From Lewinellaceae bacterium (GTDB taxonomy: Bacteria > Bacteroidota > Bacteroidia > Chitinophagales > Saprospiraceae), in the NCBI GenBank assembly GCA_020636445.1, contig JACJXV010000016.1:1655-65654 (forward strand): a stretch of DNA of 64,000 nucleotides, read 5' to 3'. The notes beneath the pieces were generated by a model. That model searched no databases. It was not told where the DNA came from and saw only the letters and a list, made by a program, of their open reading frames with translations. A program made the translations under genes and the position numbers. Below are positions 1 through 8,462 of this stretch, piece after piece (position 1 is the first letter of the stretch; every line of letters begins with the position of its first letter).

Positions 1-471
1 GAGATCCTGGATGCGAATCCGGGACCGCATGCTGATCATCCCAACACCATCTTCGCCCTGGAGTAATAACAGGATCTGTTTGAGCCGACCGTTGCGTTCC
101 TGAATGAGCACGCGAACGTGTTCCTCCCCATCCCGGATCAGGATAAGATCTTCGAATTTGTTATTGAGCAGCTCTTGTTCAAGGGCTGCATAGGCCTGGG
201 TGGGTATTTGGGTGCCCGTCTCATCCATCAGGTACCGAAAAGTACCCACTCGCTTCCCTAGCCGGATTATTTCCCGGATCCTTTCATCTTTGACAGAATT
301 ATAAGCCAGACCACCACCGACCCAAAGCAGCCATCCCGGAATTTTGACATTCCGGACACCCTCTTCCCGTTTATACTCCTGGTAAAAGCGGGAACTAAGC
401 GACTGGGCGGTCAACGCGACTGAAGAGAGTAGAAAGAGGCAGGTAATTCCTGCAATTATTTGCCTTTGCAT
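1..471 (-). CDS. DUF4252-like exported protein (partial; C-terminus lies beyond the window start)
   Basis: The frame runs off the window edge, so it is absent from the ORF track. My translation from the ATG at 471..469 gives MQRQIIAGITCLFLLSSVALTAQSLSSRFYQEYKREEGVRNVKIPGWLLWVGG... This is a signal peptide plus the same layout as the neighbouring DUF4252-type ORF. It is the last gene of the ECF sigma operon. Confidence 0.6.
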   Translation of the reverse strand, partial: MQRQIIAGITCLFLLSSVALTAQSLSSRFYQEYKREEGVRNVKIPGWLLWVGGGLAYNSVKDERIREIIRLGKRVGTFRYLMDETGTQIPTQAYAALEQELLNNKFEDLILIRDGEEHVRVLIQERNGRLKQILLLLQGEDGVGMISMRSRIRIQDL

Positions 472-517
472 AGTTGGATGGGTTTTAGCAGTGGTGCGGC
501 CAGACACCTTCAATTGG

Positions 518-1042
518 TTACTTTTTCTCCATCTCTTTGGCCAGCTGCGTAATTTTGTTCAGGTCGAGGTTGCCGACAAAGCTGAGTAGTAGAAACTCAT
601 CGCCGCTGCCCCCGGTGAGAAGCAATAACTCCTGGATTTTATTTTCGGCTTCCCGGATCAGGAAATCGACATTGCCATCGCCTTTACTGCGGACTGTCAT
701 CAGGGTTTCGTATTCCTTGGTATTGATTTTTGCCTTGGCTTCTTTGTAGAAAACATCTGGGGTTACATCCGTGGAAAGAATGCGCAGTCCACGCAGGTCT
801 TTGGCAATATCCATAATGGCTTTGGCTTCGCCTTCATCATCGAGATCAAGGCCACTGACGTTGAGCCGCCCCAGCATCTGAAATAGCTTAGGGCTGATGT
901 AAACTACATTGAAGCGGGAATCTTCAACATACTGCTTAAAATATTTGTCGATGGCATTGGCATCCCCGGCAGGGGTTTGGGCCATAGCGGTAGAGAATCC
1001 TATAACGAGGATTCCAAGAAAAAACAGTTTGCGCAATAGCAT
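518..1042 (-). CDS. DUF4252 domain-containing exported protein
   Basis: Track ORF 518..1123. The internal ATG at 1042 gives the signal peptide MLLRKLFFLGILVIGFSTAMAQ. The DKYFKQYVEDSRFNVVYISPKLFQMLG pattern is typical of DUF4252. The gene sits downstream of ECF sigma and a putative anti-sigma gene. Confidence 0.7.
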   Translation of the reverse strand: MLLRKLFFLGILVIGFSTAMAQTPAGDANAIDKYFKQYVEDSRFNVVYISPKLFQMLGRLNVSGLDLDDEGEAKAIMDIAKDLRGLRILSTDVTPDVFYKEAKAKINTKEYETLMTVRSKGDGNVDFLIREAENKIQELLLLTGGSGDEFLLLSFVGNLDLNKITQLAKEMEKK

Positions 1043-1133
1043 AGTGTTACGGTTTGTTTCGTGATTAAAGTATGGTGATTTCTTAGTTCCTAAAGTTTGG
1101 TTGGTCGTGAGATTGTGGGTCACATCTTACTAC

Positions 1134-1643
1134 TTATTTAAACATCTTCCCCATTTCGCCAAAATGTTCCATCTCCTGAGCTGCCATACCGGTTCCCCGG
1201 TTTAGTTCTACGGAGGTGTGGAGTAGTGCTTTTCGTGTTATGTGGTACGCCTCTTCAACCGTAGCGGGCTCATATTTGGACCAATCAATAGCCGCGGTAG
1301 GCTCCGGAGAAACAGCTTGCCAATCCGGATAGAGAAACCATACGCTCAGGGCCAGGAGTACGGCAGCTGCAATGCGAAGAATCCATGTTTGTGGTTTTGC
1401 CTTACGGGGCCACAGGGGCCGGGGTTGTTGGATTTTGGCATTTAGGCGCGCGGTAAAATCGGCAGACAGTTGGGGTTGCTGGGCGCGTTGTGCAGCAATC
1501 ATCCGAAACCAATCCTGATCGGCACCGAATTCCGCAGGAGCCTGGTTCTGCTGGAAATAGGAACGCAGAGAGGCTTCTTCTTCCAGAGAGGTTTCTCCCT
1601 GATAATATTTGTCGAGCAAGTCCCGGAGTGATTTAGGATCCAT
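1134..1643 (-). CDS. single-pass membrane protein, putative anti-sigma factor
   Basis: 169-aa ORF overlapping the sigma gene stop by 11 nt. It has one hydrophobic helix (WILRIAAAVLLALSVWFLY). The position immediately after an ECF sigma gene is the main argument; I saw no zinc-finger anti-sigma motif. Confidence 0.5.
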   Translation of the reverse strand: MDPKSLRDLLDKYYQGETSLEEEASLRSYFQQNQAPAEFGADQDWFRMIAAQRAQQPQLSADFTARLNAKIQQPRPLWPRKAKPQTWILRIAAAVLLALSVWFLYPDWQAVSPEPTAAIDWSKYEPATVEEAYHITRKALLHTSVELNRGTGMAAQEMEHFGEMGKMFK

Positions 1644-2148
1644 GTTGCTTCATTTGTCGTGATGAAAGGGCTTCGCGCAATTGTTGACGAGCCCGGAATA
1701 AATTAATTTTGACCTGGCTAAGCGAAATGCCCAGCGCCTCGCAGATTTCTTGATAGCTATAGTCTTCCAGGTCCCGCAACTCCATTACCTGGCGTTGTTT
1801 ATCCGGGAGATGCTGCATCAGCCGTCTAATGTCTTGAATCGTTTCAGCCCCGGCCAGCTGGTGGTCGGCACCTAGCGTTTGATCCGGAAGATCAAACCCT
1901 GGATACCATTCTCCCTGCGGCATTTTACGGGCCCGCAATTTGTCAATACAAAGGTTGCGGGTCATGCGCACCGACCAGGCTTCCAGGTTCTGCACTTCCT
2001 TTAGGTTATCACGTTGTTGCCAGAGCTTGATAAAGACCTCCTGAACAGCATCCTCAGCTTCAGCCACATCGGGTAGCCAGCGCAACGCTAAGCGGAAGAG
2101 CTTGTCTTTGAGTTGGTTAACAATGTGGGTAAAGGCATCTGGTTGCAT
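1633..2148 (-). CDS. ECF-type RNA polymerase sigma-70 factor
   Basis: 171 aa. Region 2 (DAVQEVFIKLWQ) and a region 4 HTH (YSYQEICEALGISLSQVKINLFRARQQLR) are recognisable. Confidence 0.9.
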   Translation of the reverse strand: MQPDAFTHIVNQLKDKLFRLALRWLPDVAEAEDAVQEVFIKLWQQRDNLKEVQNLEAWSVRMTRNLCIDKLRARKMPQGEWYPGFDLPDQTLGADHQLAGAETIQDIRRLMQHLPDKQRQVMELRDLEDYSYQEICEALGISLSQVKINLFRARQQLREALSSRQMKQHGS

Positions 2149-2309
2149 ATCAAAGCGAAGACGAGGAGGTGTGAAAAAAGTTACAGGGAAATGAAGAAAA
2201 ATGAAGAAAAATCATGGCGTAAATCAAAGGGCTTGATTTTCAATAGCCTGCAAAGTGTCAAGAAACCCTTAAGACCGGGAATTTTTTCTACCAATACCTG
2301 ATTTCCTCC

Positions 2310-2317
2310 TATCTTTG
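2310..2317 (+). promoter_or_regulatory. candidate Bacteroidota -7 promoter box (TATCTTTG)
   Basis: Matches the TAnnTTTG consensus of the Bacteroidota primary sigma factor. It lies 23 nt upstream of the ATG at 2340 in a divergent intergenic region. Confidence 0.3.
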
Positions 2318-2339
2318 TCAGGCTGTACTGCAAGACCGG

Positions 2340-3908
2340 ATGAAGAAGATTGATCAATTAGTACTTACCAGTTTCCTGCCACCCTTTGTGGTTTCATTTT
2401 CCATTGCCCTTTTCGTACTGCTTATGCAGATGATTTGGTTGTATATGGATGAGCTGGCCGGTAAAGGCCTTGGTGTGTTCATGGTCGCGGAGCTTCTCTT
2501 TTACCGGAGCGTTGGAATCATTCCGATGGCGCTACCCCTGGGTATTCTCTTAGCCTCTGTAATGACGATGGGAGGGCTCGCTGAGCACTACGAGATGTCA
2601 AGCATGAAGTCAGCAGGTATCTCCCTGTTGCGGATCATGCGATCGATGCTGATTTTTGGTGTTTTTGCCGGTATCTTTTCCTGGTACTGTTCCAATACGC
2701 TAATCCCTATTGCCAACCTGAAGTTTGGCTCCCGAATGTTTGATATTAAGCAAAAAAAGCCCGCACTGCGATTGGAAACAGGGGTTTTTAACGATGGGCT
2801 GGAAGGATATGCTATTCATATTGGTCATCGGGACGATGATGGAAAAACGATCCACGACGTACTTATTTATGATCATACCCAAACCAATTCAGGAAAACTG
2901 ACCGAAGTTACGGCTAAAAGCGGTGAGCTTTTTGTGGCCGAAGATGGCAAATACCTGATTATGCGGCTGCGTGACGGGAATCAGTATGTTGAAACCAGCG
3001 CCAGCCGTATGAGCAGCCAAAGTTCTTACCCTTTTGTTCGTACTGGGTTTAAAGAGTGGACTAAGGTGTTTGATTTGAGTGAATTTGAGCTGACCCGGAC
3101 CAACGAGGATCTCTTCAAAGCTAACCGGCAGATGATGAGTAGTACCGAGTTGCGGATTGCTGCAGATTCTATTCACCGGGAAATTGATAAGCGCAACAAA
3201 GAAATGGCGAATTACCTGGTGAGCTATTTTCCATTTTTACCAACCGACTCCACCTATATTCCTAAACAAGAACCTGACATTCCGAAAGAAGCGAGTAAGG
3301 CAATGGGCTTGGATAGCCTGGTGACCAGCCCGCCGCCACAGTCCAAGTCAGTCCAAACCCTGCGCTCCGGAGGGGTGCCGCCACAGCGGCTCACCGGACT
3401 TGATATGGATACGGTTACTTCGCTGATTAATACTTTCCCGATTCAGGAACGCGGGCGGATCAAAGGCCGGGCTAAAAGTGTTGCCCGGGGGATTCTCAAC
3501 CAGGCAGAAGGGGCCGCCAGTTCTGTAGAACGCATGCGGGAATCGGAGGTGAAGCATATTTATGAATTACACACTAAATACAGTATTGCCGTAGCCTGCT
3601 TTATTTTCCTCTTTGTGGGTGGCCCCATGGGGGCTATTGTCCGTAAAGGAGGCTTTGGATATCCCATCCTGGTATCCATTATCTTCTTTATGATTTTTGT
3701 AGTGCTCACCATCTTTTGCCGCAAGATTGCCGAAACGTTTGTTTTGCCGGCTGTAGTCGCCGCCTGGTTGCCCTGCGGAGTCCTATTTCCGATGGGGGTT
3801 TTTCTGACGTTCAAGGCAATGAACGATTCCAGCCTGTTATCCCCTGATCGTTTTATTGCGTTTGTTAAACGAATATTTCCCACCAGCAAAAAGGTTTCTC
3901 AGGCATGA
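2340..3908 (+). CDS. LptF/LptG (YjgP/YjgQ) family permease
   Basis: 522 aa. An N-terminal block of three TM helices, a large periplasmic insert and C-terminal TM helices. The start MKKIDQLVLTSFLPPF.. is typical of the family. Confidence 0.8.
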   Translation: MKKIDQLVLTSFLPPFVVSFSIALFVLLMQMIWLYMDELAGKGLGVFMVAELLFYRSVGIIPMALPLGILLASVMTMGGLAEHYEMSSMKSAGISLLRIMRSMLIFGVFAGIFSWYCSNTLIPIANLKFGSRMFDIKQKKPALRLETGVFNDGLEGYAIHIGHRDDDGKTIHDVLIYDHTQTNSGKLTEVTAKSGELFVAEDGKYLIMRLRDGNQYVETSASRMSSQSSYPFVRTGFKEWTKVFDLSEFELTRTNEDLFKANRQMMSSTELRIAADSIHREIDKRNKEMANYLVSYFPFLPTDSTYIPKQEPDIPKEASKAMGLDSLVTSPPPQSKSVQTLRSGGVPPQRLTGLDMDTVTSLINTFPIQERGRIKGRAKSVARGILNQAEGAASSVERMRESEVKHIYELHTKYSIAVACFIFLFVGGPMGAIVRKGGFGYPILVSIIFFMIFVVLTIFCRKIAETFVLPAVVAAWLPCGVLFPMGVFLTFKAMNDSSLLSPDRFIAFVKRIFPTSKKVSQA

Positions 3909-4585
3909 GTTTACGTTCCGCCCCGCCTACTTTTCGACAACTGGTACAAGAAAATCTATGGTTTTGGGGAGCCATGCTGCTTTTTCTGATGGTAGGAGGT
4001 GTGCTTTTGGCAACGCAACCTTTTGGTGGACTGCTTTTTTACTTTAGCGATAACCGGACTCCCTGGGCAAATGCTTTTTTTCGGGGGGCTACCCGGATGG
4101 GGGAATTGGCAGGATACCTTTTGGCTGCGGCCTTACTGTTGATTACGCGATTTCGTTCGCTTTTGATGGTACCGGTGGTTGCCATTGTGGCTACACTGCT
4201 GGCCGGCGCCGGTAAGCAGATTTTTCGTCATCCCCGCCCCCTCCGTTACCTGCAGGATCATGGGATCGCGGACTTAGTACAGGCCGTTCCGGGAGTGGAA
4301 ATGCACGGGGGAATGACGAGTTTTCCTTCCGGTCATACGACAGCAGCTTTTGCCATTTTTGCCTTTACGGCTTTTTGCTTGCCCAATAAACGCCTTACGG
4401 GCCTGAGCTTATTTCTCCTGGCATTGGCCGTCGGGATATCACGGATTTATCTGGCTCAGCATTTTCTCCAGGATGTATACCTGGGCGCTATGCTGGGTAC
4501 TGCCGTGGGTGCAGCCATCTATCTCCTCCACTGGCGAATCAAAGGGCCATCCTGGTTGGACCAGCGCCTGCGTGTGTGGAAATAA
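3905..4585 (+). CDS. PAP2-family phosphatase (membrane)
   Basis: All three acid-phosphatase motifs are present: KQIFRHPRP, PSGH and SRIYLAQHFLQD. The ATGA start/stop overlaps the upstream gene. Confidence 0.85.
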   Translation: MSLRSAPPTFRQLVQENLWFWGAMLLFLMVGGVLLATQPFGGLLFYFSDNRTPWANAFFRGATRMGELAGYLLAAALLLITRFRSLLMVPVVAIVATLLAGAGKQIFRHPRPLRYLQDHGIADLVQAVPGVEMHGGMTSFPSGHTTAAFAIFAFTAFCLPNKRLTGLSLFLLALAVGISRIYLAQHFLQDVYLGAMLGTAVGAAIYLLHWRIKGPSWLDQRLRVWK

Positions 4586-4622
4586 TCAGAAATGGGAAAT
4601 TTAGTTCATGACTGATTTCCCA

Positions 4623-4644
4623 CCCGCCGTAGGCGGGCAAGTTT
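4623..4644. repeat. GC-rich palindromic REP-like unit (CCCGCCGTAGGCGGG + CAAGTTT)
   Basis: Perfect 6-bp stem CCCGCC/GGCGGG between convergent genes. Related copies lie at 46362-46383, 51815-51836 and 60966-60988. It probably doubles as a terminator hairpin. Confidence 0.7.
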
Positions 4645-4664
4645 CCCGATTTCCCATTTTCCCC

Positions 4665-6185
4665 TTACTTCGTCCGCATCGCCCGGGTCTTCTCGATATA
4701 GCGGGCAATTTCTTTTTTCACGACTGGCAACAAGAGCATGAGGCCGATCATATTCGGAACCGACATGGCAAAGATCATGGCGTCGGAAAAGTCGGTTACG
4801 GCACCTAAGCTCGCACCCGAACCAATGATAATGAACAGGCAGAAAATTATTTTATAGGTATAATCAGCGGCTTTACTACGTCCGAACAGGTACATCCAAC
4901 TCTGCAGGCCATAATACGACCAGGATAGCATGGTGGAAAAAGCGAACATAATGACGGCTACTGTCAAAACATAAGGGAACCAGGGGAGTACCGAAGCAAA
5001 TGCATTTGAGGTCAGGTCTACACCACTTATACCTGGATCCGTATTCAGGTAATTACCGGTTATAATAATGACCAGGGCGGTCATAGTACAAACGACGACG
5101 GTGTCGATAAATGGCTCCAACAAGGCAACAACACCTTCCGAGGCAGGATAATCCGTTTTAACGGCAGAGTGGGCGATGGCGGCCGACCCAACGCCTGCTT
5201 CATTGGAAAAAGCGGCCCGACGGAACCCCTGGACCAGCACTCCTACAAATCCACCGGCAATACCTTCCGGGCTAAAGGCCCCCTTGAAAACCAAGCCCAG
5301 CGCTTCCGGGATATGGGAAAAATTAGCGCCTAAGATGAAAAGGGCCGCCAATACATAGAGGCCGCACATAAAGGGAACAATTTTTTCGGTAACCTTGCCG
5401 ATGCGCTTAATTCCGCCAATGATCACCAGCGCTACAATGGCTGACATAACCATTCCGAATATAACGCCTGCTGAGCCGGAAGAGGCGCCAATCATGTTAT
5501 TAAACTGCTGGGCTGCCTGGTTGGCCTGGAACATGTTTCCGCCACCGAAGGAGCCGCCAATACACATGACGGCAAAGAAAATAGACAGTACCCGGCCTAG
5601 TTTCGCCAATCCGCGTTCTGAAAGGCCTTTGGAGAGGTAGTACATCGGTCCACCGTAAACGGTTCCATCGGGCCCTACATCGCGGAATTTAACCCCCAGG
5701 GTACACTCCGTAAATTTCGAAGCCATTCCCAGCAGTCCGGCTAATATCATCCAGAAAGTAGCACCGGGTCCACCCAGGGTGATTGCAATAGCCACCCCGG
5801 CAATATTACCCAGTCCCACCGTACCTGAAAGGGCTGCCGTTAGCGCCTGGAAGTGGGAAACCTCTCCCTCGTCATCGCCATCGGAGAAAAGCCCTCGCAC
5901 GGTATTGATTGCCAGCGGAAACCGACGGAATTGGACAAAGCCAAAATATAGGGTAAAGATGGTGGCGCCGGAAAGTAGCATAATAACCACCAGCGGTAAG
6001 TCAATGGAGGAACCATCGGCTAGTTTCGCCATGGGTATACCATAAAAAACAATGCCAGCAACGGCGTCAGTTATGGGCTGAAAGGCATCATTGATGACTT
6101 CATCCCAGCCACGTTCAACATCTTGTGCCAGTAAGCCAATCGGTAAGGTCAACCAACCAGCTATAAGTAGTAGTGCTTTCTTCAT
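4665..6185 (-). CDS. agcS: alanine/glycine:cation symporter (AGCS family)
   Basis: 506 aa and polytopic. It carries the family signature FQALTAALSGTVGLGNIAGVA. Confidence 0.9.
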   Translation of the reverse strand: MKKALLLIAGWLTLPIGLLAQDVERGWDEVINDAFQPITDAVAGIVFYGIPMAKLADGSSIDLPLVVIMLLSGATIFTLYFGFVQFRRFPLAINTVRGLFSDGDDEGEVSHFQALTAALSGTVGLGNIAGVAIAITLGGPGATFWMILAGLLGMASKFTECTLGVKFRDVGPDGTVYGGPMYYLSKGLSERGLAKLGRVLSIFFAVMCIGGSFGGGNMFQANQAAQQFNNMIGASSGSAGVIFGMVMSAIVALVIIGGIKRIGKVTEKIVPFMCGLYVLAALFILGANFSHIPEALGLVFKGAFSPEGIAGGFVGVLVQGFRRAAFSNEAGVGSAAIAHSAVKTDYPASEGVVALLEPFIDTVVVCTMTALVIIITGNYLNTDPGISGVDLTSNAFASVLPWFPYVLTVAVIMFAFSTMLSWSYYGLQSWMYLFGRSKAADYTYKIIFCLFIIIGSGASLGAVTDFSDAMIFAMSVPNMIGLMLLLPVVKKEIARYIEKTRAMRTK

Positions 6186-6698
6186 TTGGGTAACATTCCT
6201 AGTAAGAGGTGAATAATCAGCGCATTAAGGTATGGGTTTATTTTTATTTTGCCAAATGGCCTGCTAAGTGGTGATTTCAGCATTTGCTTTGGTTTGTGCC
6301 CGAAATGGCAGTGAATTTTTGTTTGCAAAATACTAGCCGTGGTATTCCGTGCCTCTATAATACTGTGTATTCCCAGGGGGGTAGTGCGATCCTTACTTCC
6401 TTACGGGTTGTCTGATGGAAGCTGACAATAATGCTTGGGAAAGGTATTTGCTTTTTATATCTTAGGGGTATACTTGTAGTGAAATGGCTTGACAAAGTCA
6501 GATAACTTTGGGTATCGGATAGACCTCGTGAAGCGGACTACCAAATACCAACCACTTCATGAGGGTATCTTTGCAGTAGTTTGGGGATTAGCAGCAATGT
6601 ATAAACTACCGCCGGAAACACACGCTTTTTATAAAATGGCAATCTTTGCTCTTTACAACCGATCAGGCACAGCATAAACGTAATGAAAATAATCTTGG

Positions 6699-7295
6699 AT
6701 GGACCGGACTGATGCAGAGCTGCTTGCCTGGTTGCGGCGAAACCCCGATGAGGCTATTGATGCCATTTTTCGTCAGTACTTTGGGGAGCTATGCCGCGCG
6801 ATTTATCGCATAATTCCAGATGAGGCGATAGTTCAGGATTTGGCACAGGAGGTTTTTGTACAATTGTGGCAACGGCGTCAATCCCTGTCGGTGCAAACCA
6901 CTCTGGGGGCTTATTTGCGCCGGGCAGGTATCAATCGCGCCCTCAATTATCTGCGGGATAACCGGCGTTTTTCGGATGCAGATGATACCCAGGTGCTGGA
7001 GGCTCAGCTGTCTCATGAAACGAATATAGAACACTCTCTGGAGGTTGAAGAACTACAGGAAGCGATTGACCGTGCAATTGATCAGCTGCCCGAACGATGC
7101 CGGCTGGTTTTTGTCTTGAGTCGGTTTGAAGAACTAAGTCATCAGGAAATTGCCGATCAGCTGGCAATTTCCCCCAAAACGGTTGAAAACCAAATAACCA
7201 AAGCCTTGCGGCTACTTCGTTCCGTCTTGGGGCCCTTACTGGAACGAGAATTTTTAATGTTGCTTGCCCTGTTTTGGGCGATCAGTAGCGGATAA
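6699..7295 (+). CDS. ECF sigma-70 factor (FecI-like, Bacteroidota type)
   Basis: 198 aa. Region 2 (AQEVFVQLWQRR) and a region 4 HTH (LSHQEIADQLAISPKTVENQITKALRLLR) are present. A FecR-like gene follows. Confidence 0.9.
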   Translation: MDRTDAELLAWLRRNPDEAIDAIFRQYFGELCRAIYRIIPDEAIVQDLAQEVFVQLWQRRQSLSVQTTLGAYLRRAGINRALNYLRDNRRFSDADDTQVLEAQLSHETNIEHSLEVEELQEAIDRAIDQLPERCRLVFVLSRFEELSHQEIADQLAISPKTVENQITKALRLLRSVLGPLLEREFLMLLALFWAISSG

Positions 7296-7408
7296 GGAAA
7301 CTCCGGTTTTGTCGGATAATTGCCCAAACACGCCCTTTGAGGTTGGGTGGAGTAGGGGAATGATCCGTTAATTGTGTCAACAAACAAAAGTCATTAGCTG
7401 CACACGCC

Positions 7409-8377
7409 ATGGAATTTAGGATTTGGGATACCTTGAAAAAATCTGCCGGACAACTTCCGGAACAACGTAAAGCCGGGGATACCCCAGAGTTGCAGCTTCA
7501 ACGCTTGTGGGAAATTAGTGGGCGTTATCCTGCCGGAAAGTCCTGGGAACCCGATGTGGAAGCGAATTTGCAGGCGTTTCGCAAACGTATTTCCCAAGAA
7601 AAAATAATACCCCGCAATAAGTTGAATCGACGCCGCTGGGTTTCCTTGAGTGTTGCTGCCGCTATAAGCGTTCTGGTAGTGTTTTGGGCGGGGCAACAAG
7701 GCGCCTTTGATGCCTTCTTATGGCAACGTATGCAGGCCGGCGAAACTAGTCAAACCTTGGTTTTACCCGACGGATCTACTGTTGTTCTCAATGCGAATGC
7801 TACTATAGAATATCCTCGCTGGTTTTCTCAAAAGCCTTTGCGTGAGGTTAGACTGCGCGGGGAAGCCTTTTTTGAGGTTGCCAAAGATCCCGCCCGCCCT
7901 TTTGTCGTCCATGCGGAGCCCCTGGAGGTAAAAGTTCTGGGTACCGCGTTCAATGTACGGACCCAGGCAGGAAATGCTGGCGCACAGGTTAATGTCAAGT
8001 CAGGTAGGGTAGAGGTGATGCACACCGGTAATGGTGAACGCACCGAAATCACGGCTAATGAGGAGGTTTTGCTGGAGAGTACTGCTGATAATTTACAAAT
8101 CCATTCCCGTCGCGCAGATATAGCCCTGGCCTGGCAAACGGGGAAACTTACCTTTAAAGGGGAGTCTACCGGCGAAGTGCTGCGCGAATTGGAGCGCTAT
8201 TGTGGCTTACAAGTTACGACAAGCCAGCCTGCGTTGCTAAACTGCCCGGTAACCGGAAACTTTACAATCTCTGCCTCAGCAGAGTACCAGGTGAAGTTAC
8301 TGTGTGAAATGAATAACTGGACAGCGGAGCGGGATTCGACCGGAAAGTACCTGCTTAAGGGAAAACCTTGTCATTGA
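7409..8377 (+). CDS. FecR family anti-sigma/sensor protein
   Basis: 322 aa with one TM helix (WVSLSVAAAISVLVVFWA). The FecR-type periplasmic region contains LPDGSTVVLNANATIEY and GEAFFEV. It sits between an ECF sigma and a TonB receptor. Confidence 0.85.
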   Translation: MEFRIWDTLKKSAGQLPEQRKAGDTPELQLQRLWEISGRYPAGKSWEPDVEANLQAFRKRISQEKIIPRNKLNRRRWVSLSVAAAISVLVVFWAGQQGAFDAFLWQRMQAGETSQTLVLPDGSTVVLNANATIEYPRWFSQKPLREVRLRGEAFFEVAKDPARPFVVHAEPLEVKVLGTAFNVRTQAGNAGAQVNVKSGRVEVMHTGNGERTEITANEEVLLESTADNLQIHSRRADIALAWQTGKLTFKGESTGEVLRELERYCGLQVTTSQPALLNCPVTGNFTISASAEYQVKLLCEMNNWTAERDSTGKYLLKGKPCH

Positions 8378-8462
8378 ATCGATCCTCCCAGGCAACCTTT
8401 GCCTTATTTGCGGAATACTGTTAACTTTGACTATCAGGTTTTTACCGCAAGCAAAGTGCTTT

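Noticed and set aside
6186-6698. Possible glycine riboswitch upstream of the AgcS symporter, and the 62-aa ORF 6489..6677
   Set aside because: I read the minus-strand leader and did not find the conserved ACCGAAGG/GGAGAG cores of the glycine riboswitch. The small ORF has no support and lies in a divergent promoter region.
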